This document shows positions 18,622 to 25,570 of a stretch of DNA of 40,000 bases, piece after piece. The notes under the pieces were generated by a model. That model had not been told where the DNA came from, ran no database searches, and saw only the letters and a list, made by a program, of their open reading frames with translations. Every line of letters starts with the position of its first letter. Within the stretch, counting starts at the first letter, position 1. The DNA is from an uncultured Clostridiaceae bacterium. GTDB lineage: Bacteria > Bacillota > Clostridia > Clostridiales > Clostridiaceae. A program made the position numbers and the translations under genes. The stretch covers positions 5,165,024-5,205,023 of the forward strand of contig CALNYT010000002.1 in NCBI GenBank assembly GCA_942490885.1. The letters are read 5' to 3'.

Positions 18622-19261
18622 TAATCAGTTAATTTTTGACTTTCGCAGAACAATATGATTGTTCCGATAACGGCTACTTCACAAACTCTATTCTCTTTAT
18701 ATGATATTTAAAATCTAAGTAGATTTAAATGGTGTTATAAAATATTAATAACTATTTAGAACAATTGTTACGTAATATAAGAGACTAGTGTATAGTGGAA
18801 ATACTTAATGTTGCACAAAACAACTCAATGTTGATTTGGACAAACAAAGGAATTGAATTAAATTATAATAAATGATTGGTGAATATGTGGTGATCTGTAT
18901 TCCTATAATGGGGAGATAGATTGCCACATTTCTATTTGGGGAATATGAATCCCCCCTTATCTTAATAAATTTAAGATTCATTTCATTTGATCATGTGTCC
19001 TCTTTATTTTTGGAGACTTGTCAGAAATAAAATGGTTAGTAGTCTATAAAGAATATAAAGGAAATTAGAACAAGGGGTGGATTGCTTAATTTAATTCCTA
19101 ATTATAAGTAGATATTTCCACACCATATGAAGTGGAAATATTGATAATTTTTAACAAAAAACATAGAAAAACATTTATAATATCACTAAGGAGGTAGCAC
19201 GATAAATACTAATAAGATTGGAACATACAATAAATTATTATAAAAGGAGTGTATAATTAAT

Positions 19262-19942
19262 TTGACAGAAAAAGAACTGATTGAGGTAATAGAAATAGTA
19301 GAAAGATTAAACGATGGTGAAAAAATAGGAGTACTTGCTAAAGAGAAAGCTATGAGTAAGAGTTCAATTTATAAAAAGCTAAACTCTGTGGGATTTACTT
19401 ATGATAAAAAACAGCAACTTTGGTATGAAGAATGTAATAATGAATTAAAGGAAATGATTAGATTCATGTCATCAATAGATGTTGAGGCAGAAGTAGAAGG
19501 ACTATCTGAAAAAAGATATTATTATAGAAATGGGTTTTATTATGATGAAAAAGAACTAACTGAAATATCAATTGATCAAAATATATATGATGAATTGCAA
19601 ATAGTTGCAGATGAATGGGGAGCTGATAACGTTGAAGAGGTAACGCAGTTAATCATTCTAAGATTTTTAGAGAATATTAGACCAAGAGACTTTAGAGAAG
19701 AATTTCGATTTAGACGATTAGAAGAAGAGGGATATGATAGTAGAGAAATAGAGATAATACTAAAATATGACGAGGAATCAGATGAATTATGGGACTTTTA
19801 TAAAAATGTGTTGTTGAATGAGATAGGGTACACAGAAACTCAAATTAATAGTATTGAAGACGGGGACTTTCCAAGCCATTATAATTTGTCTAAAAAGTGT
19901 AAGGATTTTGAGAAAAATCAAAAACATATATCAAATTATTAA
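19262..19942 (+). CDS. Hypothetical protein with N-terminal HTH-like segment and acidic C-terminal region
   Basis: TTG start 12 nt after AAGGAG. KIGVLAKEKAMSKSSIYKKLNSVG resembles a resolvase/terminase-type HTH. The rest is D/E-rich. Confidence 0.5.
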   Translation: MTEKELIEVIEIVERLNDGEKIGVLAKEKAMSKSSIYKKLNSVGFTYDKKQQLWYEECNNELKEMIRFMSSIDVEAEVEGLSEKRYYYRNGFYYDEKELTEISIDQNIYDELQIVADEWGADNVEEVTQLIILRFLENIRPRDFREEFRFRRLEEEGYDSREIEIILKYDEESDELWDFYKNVLLNEIGYTETQINSIEDGDFPSHYNLSKKCKDFEKNQKHISNY

Positions 19943-20169
19943 TGTTTTTTATATGGTGTTTATATTGTTTCATTTTGACTTTAATATTAAAATGAGATAA
20001 TACACTTTCAACAGAGTAAATTTAATTATAAAAATATACTTATAATTATTAATAAAAATGTTAGAATGATTAGAAACATGATTTGTTAAAGAAATTTTGA
20101 GTAGTAGTAATATTTTAATGAACAGTAATAAGGACAATGTAGTATAATTTATAGTTAGGAGGTGGTAAC

Positions 20170-20859
20170 TTGATTAATGTATATTGTGATGAAAGCTGTC
20201 ATTTAGAAAATGATAATAGTAATATAATGGTTATAGGTGGAGTTTGGTGTGATAAAAATAAAGTAAAGGTGATATCCCAAGAAATAAAAAATTTAAAAAT
20301 TAAGCATAATATAAAGCCTAATTTTGAGATCAAATGGGTAAAAGTGTCTAACAATAAAATTCAGTTCTACTCAGAATTGTTAAAACTTTTTTTCGATAAT
20401 GAGAATTTACATTTTAGGTGTTTAATAGTATCAGACAAATCAAAATTAAGACATAAAGAATTTGGACAAGACCATAACACTTTTTATGATAAGATGTATT
20501 ATCAAATGCTATGTAGTATATTGGATTCTAATGAAAGTTATAACATATATATAGATATAAAGGATACTCATACACACGAAAAATGTAATGTTCTTAAAAT
20601 GTATTTATGTAATAAATATAGAGATTATGAGGCAAAAATAATTAAAAAAATTCAGCCAGTAGATTCGTCAGAGATACAATTAATGCAATTAGTAGATATT
20701 TTAATTGGAGCAGTATCGTATTTAAATAGGGGATTAAATACAAGTGATGCTAAATTAAGATTAGTGAATGAAATGAAAGAATATTCAGGGTTGAGTTTAA
20801 ATCATTCTACTAGTTTATTTTCGAAAAAAGTGAACATTTTTTTATGGGATCCATCTTAG
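20170..20859 (+). CDS. DUF3800 domain protein
   Basis: N-terminal VYCDES (the Y.DESG-type motif) and C-terminal QLMQLVDILIGAV (the Q.aD motif), both typical of DUF3800. RBS AGGAGGTG, TTG start. Confidence 0.7.
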   Translation: MINVYCDESCHLENDNSNIMVIGGVWCDKNKVKVISQEIKNLKIKHNIKPNFEIKWVKVSNNKIQFYSELLKLFFDNENLHFRCLIVSDKSKLRHKEFGQDHNTFYDKMYYQMLCSILDSNESYNIYIDIKDTHTHEKCNVLKMYLCNKYRDYEAKIIKKIQPVDSSEIQLMQLVDILIGAVSYLNRGLNTSDAKLRLVNEMKEYSGLSLNHSTSLFSKKVNIFLWDPS

Positions 20860-20877
20860 GAAAAACGAGGTGATTTA

Positions 20878-21408
20878 ATGAGTGATAATGAAATTTCATG
20901 TAGATGGTTATCTCCTTTGGTTTTAATGGATGACTTTGGTGTAAATTGGTATAAATATGATAATTATCTTTACCAAATATTTAAAAAAGATTTTATAGAT
21001 AGTAAGCCATACTATAAAGAAAAGCCAGTAAATATAAGAAAACATCCTACAGTTGCAGATAAAGAGCAAGCATATTTTCATGTAACTTCTGTAGATTCAT
21101 CAAAAACACCAGAGGATGCAAATGATAGAATTCCGGATTTAAGAAGATGTGAAAGAGTAGCGTGGATAAGACAGATTATTGAAAATCATTTGTGTAGTGA
21201 TAATTGTAATGGATGTAATAAAATAAAATATTGGCCTGAATTGTATAAAGGGAAAAGAAGATGGCATTTACTATTTGAGGATTATAAATTTTTGGTAATT
21301 ATAGAAGAAAGACAAGATTATAATTTATTAATATCTTCATTTTATATTGAAAGAGATCACCAATTAAAAAAGAAGCTTAAGAAATATGAGAAATATAAGA
21401 TATTATAA
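20878..21408 (+). CDS. Hypothetical 176-aa protein, probably co-transcribed with the DUF3800 gene
   Basis: Starts 18 nt after the DUF3800 stop, with RBS GAGGTG. Contains a CSDNCNGC cluster and a basic C-terminal tail. A hairpin follows at 21420-21448. Confidence 0.6.
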   Translation: MSDNEISCRWLSPLVLMDDFGVNWYKYDNYLYQIFKKDFIDSKPYYKEKPVNIRKHPTVADKEQAYFHVTSVDSSKTPEDANDRIPDLRRCERVAWIRQIIENHLCSDNCNGCNKIKYWPELYKGKRRWHLLFEDYKFLVIIEERQDYNLLISSFYIERDHQLKKKLKKYEKYKIL

Positions 21409-21647
21409 ATATAAAACAAAAGACGCCTAATGAAAATTAGACGTCTTCAGGAACTCCTTTTACTACTAGGTAAATGAGCTACTTATAATGTAACACAAAT
21501 TGTAATACATGTCAACATACAGGTAACGTATTTGTAATACATTATATAAATAGGTACCTAATAATATATATGCAATTGCAGTAATATTATTGACTAATTT
21601 TAATGTATATATACATATTCTAATTAAATAAAAGAATAAATTTTTGA

Positions 21648-21667
21648 TAACACAACCATAACACAAC
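21648..21667 (+). repeat. TAACACAAC x2 (candidate arm-type sites), attR side
   Basis: gataacacaaccataacacaactc matches aataacacaaccgtaacacaaccc at 10419-10442. Confidence 0.55.
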
Positions 21668-21778
21668 TCAAGGGAAAAAGAGAAGTATAACAAATGATAA
21701 TATAAAATATAATGTAGCATAAACCTTGATAAATAAAGAATTATAAAAACACATAATAAGATAAAAATACAATAATTT

Positions 21779-21822
21779 CGAACCAGTTGGTCGGGGGTTC
21801 GAATCCCTTCCAGTGTACCATA
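21779..21822 (+). repeat. attR: duplicated 3' half of tRNA-Arg(ACG)
   Basis: Exact 44-bp copy of 10333-10376. The 5' half of the tRNA is absent here. Confidence 0.9.
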
Positions 21823-21832
21823 AAGAATTGAT

Positions 21833-21876
21833 ATAAGCCGGTTCTCACTTTTGTGAGAATCGGCTTATTTTCGTTT
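21833..21876 (+). terminator. Native tRNA-Arg terminator displaced by island insertion
   Basis: A 16-bp stem, ataagccggttctcac-tttt-gtgagaatcggcttat, followed by tttcgttttt. Confidence 0.75.
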
Positions 21877-22106
21877 TTCCCACACTAGATGTATATTGAA
21901 GATAAAAATTAGTCATCCAGTCTCAAATATTGCTTGGGAAATTATTACAGATGGAAGTGTGAAGAATATTTGCACCATGCAATGAAATGTCCTTTATGCA
22001 GTTTTAAAAGATTCTGAAAGAAGGTCAAGAAGTTCATCTATATCAACTAACACAATTTGATAACGCATTATACCAAATTGAGGAATGTTCTTCTGTTTTT
22101 TTATAC

Positions 22107-22583
22107 TTAAACTACTGTAATCACTTTATCATCAATACAATCATACTCATAAAGCATATTCTCCTCAATAATACTAATTAACTTGGAAGCATATTCAGGA
22201 TCTGTGCAGTAACCACATTTGTAAAGTTGAATACAAGCAGCTTTATATGTAACAGCATTAACAAATGGTATATATTTTTTTGTGGTAGTTATTATTGAAG
22301 CATAATCACAAAAGCTTTCTTTATAGCTTTGGTATTTTTTTAAGCGACATACTGTTGGAACCTGCAATCCTTTAAACCATTCGTGAGATATAGCTATTTC
22401 GTAATCAAAATTACTTCCCTTATGCCATACTAAATTAAATACATTATTTCCAGTTTTGTGACGGAGCCAATTAGTTTCAAGTATAGCTTGAGATATGGTT
22501 ACTGAAGGAAGTAGATTATATTCTTTATGGAGCATTTCAGCATAAGGTACTATCAAAGATATTATTTCGGATTTTTTAAACAT
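22107..22583 (-). CDS. Glucosaminidase-domain (FlgJ/LytD-type) peptidoglycan hydrolase
   Basis: ISQAILETNW...NNVFNL...YQSYKESFCDYASII...GYCTDPEYASKLISIIE matches the mannosyl-glycoprotein endo-beta-N-acetylglucosaminidase pattern. Confidence 0.7.
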   Translation of the reverse strand: MFKKSEIISLIVPYAEMLHKEYNLLPSVTISQAILETNWLRHKTGNNVFNLVWHKGSNFDYEIAISHEWFKGLQVPTVCRLKKYQSYKESFCDYASIITTTKKYIPFVNAVTYKAACIQLYKCGYCTDPEYASKLISIIEENMLYEYDCIDDKVITVV

Positions 22584-22971
22584 AATATTCGCCTGCCTTT
22601 CTAAAAGGATATATGCAGAACAACATTAAAAATCAGTAATAAAATAAATAAATATTTAATAGGACAAGTAGAATATACATACTGTTCCTATTTTTTTAGC
22701 TCAAATTTCAAGATAAGTATTCTTATTAATAAGTTCACTAGAAAAAAATGGAACAGTGAATTATAGTAAATTTAAAGAAAAATTGAGAAAATACAAGTAA
22801 ATAAGAACAAAACAAGTACGTATGTTTGTTTAAAATGAATTATATTGGTATATAAGCATTGATAAAATTTCACAAAAGGTATAAAATAAAAACAAATGTT
22901 CGATAAAATATTTTTAGTGAAACAAATTTATATATATAAAATATTTATGTAATTTAAAAGGGAGGAATAAA

Positions 22972-23373
22972 ATGAAGGTAATAGATAAAATAAAGGATTA
23001 TAGGAATTTAAGAGCTGAGATTGATAGACTTATAATTGAATTGGAAGAGGTTGAGGACGTTAGCTTAAAAGCTATTCAATATAGAGAAAAATTATCGCCG
23101 ACAAATAAGATTACTTCATGCGTTGAAGATCAAGTGATTAATACTGAGAAGAAAATCACTGATATTAAATCTACAATTAGATGTAAGGAGAGAGAGTTAA
23201 GAAAGATTGATAATGCCCTTACAGTATTAGATGAGAGAGAAGTAGATGTTTTAAAGTTGAAATATATAGAAGGAAAGTCATGGGAAACGGTATGTTATAA
23301 ACTTGATAGATCATATTCAAGAGCAAAACAGATAGAACAGAAGGCATTAGATAAGATATGTCACTTAATATAA
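22972..23373 (+). CDS. Sigma-70 region-4-type late-gene activator (RinA/ArpU/Xpf-like)
   Basis: 133 aa. The C-terminal LDEREVDVLKLKYIEGKSWETVCYKLDRSYSRAKQIEQKALDKI is a sigma region 4 HTH. It is the first gene of the tail cluster. Confidence 0.7.
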   Translation: MKVIDKIKDYRNLRAEIDRLIIELEEVEDVSLKAIQYREKLSPTNKITSCVEDQVINTEKKITDIKSTIRCKERELRKIDNALTVLDEREVDVLKLKYIEGKSWETVCYKLDRSYSRAKQIEQKALDKICHLI

Positions 23374-23418
23374 ATAACTTAATATAAATAACTTAATATA
23401 AATAACTTAAAATAAATA
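23363..23418. repeat. 14-bp tandem repeat (acttaatataaata) x4
   Basis: Three exact copies and one with a single mismatch. The first copy contains the stop codon of the regulator gene. Confidence 0.9.
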
Positions 23419-23423
23419 ATAAA

Positions 23424-23466
23424 CACGATATGTTGCTTAAAAGTAATGCATCGTGCTTATTTTTTT
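23424..23466 (+). terminator. Probable terminator after the regulator gene
   Basis: cacgat...atcgtg stem followed by ttattttttt. Confidence 0.5.
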
Positions 23467-23500
23467 ATTCTTTAGGAAATTGAAAAATTTCCTAAAGAAT
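23467..23500. promoter_or_regulatory. Perfect 15-bp-arm palindrome (candidate operator or hairpin)
   Basis: attctttaggaaatt-gaaa-aatttcctaaagaat. A third half-site, aaatttctaaagaat, lies at 23562-23576. Confidence 0.6.
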
Positions 23501-23589
23501 TTATCACATGTAATATTGCTTATATCAACGGGGTGCATGTTTGTGTAAAATTGTACCAGTTAAATTTCTAAAGAATAAAAAAATGAAGA

Positions 23590-23702
23590 GGTTGTAGGGG
23601 AAGTATTTCCCCTGCCGGTTTAAGAAGGGTGCTCAGCAACGATAGTTGTGTCGAAGGGAAACATAGGTTTCCCTAGCGAAGCGCGTGCAACGCGCCTTTT
23701 TG
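23590..23702 (+). ncRNA. GC-rich multi-hairpin leader ending in an intrinsic terminator (candidate attenuator or antitermination target)
   Basis: Hairpins at 23596-23613 (AGGGGAA/TTCCCCT), 23637-23648, 23655-23674 (AGGGAAAC/GTTTCCCT) and GCGCG-tgcaa-CGCGC plus T5 at 23681-23702. It lies ~100 nt upstream of the first structural-operon gene. Confidence 0.55.
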
Positions 23703-23798
23703 AAATAAATCTATAACTTTTTAATGCTCCTGCATATATCCTTATGAAAGCATAAAACAGTAAAGCTTTCAAAACAAATATAGAGGAGGAATTATATT

Positions 23799-24023
23799 AT
23801 GTCAGTAACAAACACAAGAGTGGACAGTGATTTAATCGTAGGAGTTAAGACTGGAACAAAAAAAACAGGAGGAGATGAGATTAAAAATTTCAGATTCTCA
23901 AAAATTAAGATTGATGCAGCTGATGAAGCTATATATGCAGTAGGTTCAAAAATAGCATCATTGATACCTTATCCAGTAAAGTACATCCAGAGAGTTAATG
24001 ACAATCTTTTGATTAGTGAATAA
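23799..24023 (+). CDS. DUF1659-like small protein
   Basis: 74 aa with a strong RBS GAGGAGG. The pattern (F.FSKIK.DA.DEAIY.V...I..L) and the pairing with a DUF2922-like neighbour support the call. Confidence 0.6.
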   Translation: MSVTNTRVDSDLIVGVKTGTKKTGGDEIKNFRFSKIKIDAADEAIYAVGSKIASLIPYPVKYIQRVNDNLLISE

Positions 24024-24099
24024 TATTAGCAAATCAAAATGGACGGGCTATTTCTAAGAAATCAATAAAAAAAACTATCAAAATAAAAGGAGAGAGATT

Positions 24100-24315
24100 A
24101 TGAAAAAATTAAGCATGAAATTTGTAACTACTAATGATGATATTACAACACTAACTATCAATGAAGTTAGAGAGGACATAAGTGATGAGCAAGTAAATTC
24201 TTTGATGGATGAGATAATTACACAAAATGTATTCTATTCATCAGGTGGATCACTTGTTAAGAAAAAGAGTGCAAAAATTATTGATGTAACAGAAGCTGAT
24301 GTTGAAATTGCATAG
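24100..24315 (+). CDS. DUF2922-like small protein
   Basis: 71 aa. KKLSMKFVT...T.TI.EVREDISDEQVNSLMDEIITQNVF matches the DUF2922 pattern. RBS AAGGAGAG. Confidence 0.6.
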   Translation: MKKLSMKFVTTNDDITTLTINEVREDISDEQVNSLMDEIITQNVFYSSGGSLVKKKSAKIIDVTEADVEIA

Positions 24316-24730
24316 ATAGTAAATAAAAGGCTGGAATTTTTTCCAGCCTTTTTTTACTAACTGATGAGTATATATATTCTGGCATTATACCTAAATCTAT
24401 AATAATTGGTTTATCATCGGGAAGTTTTAATAAGTCAATTATGAAGAATTGCATCATTTCCGCTGGTAAGTCAAGTAACCATTGACAATGAATATCTACT
24501 GGTCTATTAAACCACTTTTCCCAATCTAAATTAGGATTAGGATATTGAAGAGTGTTGTATTCAATAGGACAAGAATATGGCCTGTATTTTAAAATATCAT
24601 CATCTAGGGTTTGGCAACCTAAATCCTCAATGAATTTTTTTGTCATGGTGCTTTTGCCCGCACATGGACCTCCATTTAACCAATAAACATGTTTTAAGTG
24701 TTCTTTAAGATAATTATCGTTTAGTTTCAT
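24278..24730 (-). CDS. P-loop NTPase/kinase-like protein (antisense to the tail operon, 3' end suspect)
   Basis: Walker A GGPCAGKST. RBS GGAGG lies before the ATG at 24730 (MKLNDNY). The last ~26 codons read through the terminator hairpin and into the antisense of the DUF2922 gene. Confidence 0.55.
   Translation of the reverse strand: MKLNDNYLKEHLKHVYWLNGGPCAGKSTMTKKFIEDLGCQTLDDDILKYRPYSCPIEYNTLQYPNPNLDWEKWFNRPVDIHCQWLLDLPAEMMQFFIIDLLKLPDDKPIIIDLGIMPEYIYSSVSKKRLEKIPAFYLLSMQFQHQLLLHQ
24325..24356. terminator. Bidirectional rho-independent terminator
   Basis: aaaaggctggaa-tttt-ttccagcctttttt, with an A-run and a T-run on the two sides. Confidence 0.75.
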
Positions 24731-25128
24731 ACTAACCTCCATCAATCTAGTAATTTCTACACTGCAGTCATTATAGCATTTAACAGTAAATAAATGGGAA
24801 TATAAAACAGTTATAGTTGTTTTATACCTGTATAAAATGGACGATATAATTAAGTATGGCGAGATAATAATAAATATTATAGAAAAATTAGAGATTAATT
24901 ATATATTTATTCAAAGATAATTGAAATTATTTGGTCTATACTTATATCATGGACAAAATAAAGAAACACATAAGTACTTCACTTATTCAGAGTAATTATT
25001 AAGTCCATTAAGGCGATAATCTTATAAAGTTTTCCAGTTGAAACTAAAGTTATACGTACAGGTCTGAGGTGTCTATGATTTTGATATATGTATAAATCTA
25101 GTTTTTATTTGAAATCTCTATAAAGGAG

Positions 25129-25548
25129 GTGAATGTAAATAAATTGATAGTCAAAGATATTACCATAAACAACATAATAAATAAATTTAAAGAATTAAAT
25201 GATGTTGAAGCATATTTCGGAAAACTTCCAGATGGAGTTGAAGAGCCGAATATGCTTTTTTTAATACCTAAAATAGTTGTTCAGAGTGGGAAAAGTTCAA
25301 ACAAATTGTTCTCATATGATATGAAGATTAGGTTATCAGAATCAGATTTAGCAGCTGCATATGAGAAAGGTGTGGGAATCTTAGACAAAATTGATGTTAA
25401 AAGCTTTCCAGTAAGAATAACAACATTGGAACTAGGGGAAGAAGAATCACAGATAATGATTAATATGAGTTTCTTAGAGGAGAGAGTTAGTCAGCAGCAA
25501 GAGGGAACTAAGATAGGGAAAATAAGTTTTGATACAAAAATAAAATAA
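25129..25548 (+). CDS. Tail-associated hypothetical protein (XkdJ position, upstream of sheath)
   Basis: Assigned by position only. The start is uncertain because GTG 25129 overlaps RBS AAGGAGGTG; an in-frame TTG at 25144 is the alternative. Confidence 0.5.
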   Translation: MNVNKLIVKDITINNIINKFKELNDVEAYFGKLPDGVEEPNMLFLIPKIVVQSGKSSNKLFSYDMKIRLSESDLAAAYEKGVGILDKIDVKSFPVRITTLELGEEESQIMINMSFLEERVSQQQEGTKIGKISFDTKIK

Positions 25549-25570
25549 TTAGAAAGGAAGTGCGATATTT

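Larger units (their letters stand above)
10333..21822. mobile_element. tRNA-Arg-integrated genomic island (~11.5 kb), apparently immobilised
   Basis: An exact 44-bp direct repeat, cgaaccagttggtcgggggttcgaatcccttccagtgtaccata, occurs at 10333-10376 and 21779-21822. An integrase remnant and arm-type repeats lie next to attL. The content is accessory or unknown. Confidence 0.85.

Noticed and set aside
17745-18651. The TTGACT-containing repeats as ordinary sigma-A promoters
   Set aside because: No acceptable -10 hexamer lies 16-18 nt downstream of any of the three copies, so a simple promoter explanation is not supported.
21466-21720. ORF 21466..21720 (-), 84 aa
   Set aside because: The translation is low-complexity and Y/L/I-rich, from AT-rich DNA that includes the attR-side arm repeats. 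It has no RBS and looks non-coding.
10333-21822. Phage-inducible chromosomal island (PICI/satellite) interpretation of the tRNA-Arg island
   Set aside because: The size (~11.5 kb), the tRNA site, the integrase and a TerS-like HTH gene are suggestive. However, there is no primase/replicase, no repressor pair and no capsid-remodelling genes, and the TerS similarity is limited to the HTH. The evidence is insufficient.
21940-22090. Mini-ORF on the minus strand (MRYQIVLVDIDELLDLLSESFKTA*) behind a TGGTATAAT extended -10 box, resembling the start of a response regulator
   Set aside because: It is only 24 codons before a stop. The downstream frames do not continue a receiver domain. The match is too short to call, so it is at most a gene fragment.
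23590-23702. Assignment of the leader to a known riboswitch class (c-di-GMP-I/II, preQ1, SAM, T-box)
   Set aside because: None of the conserved core sequences I know for these classes is present (for example, no T-box GGTGGTAC-type box and no GEMM core). It is left as an unclassified structured leader.
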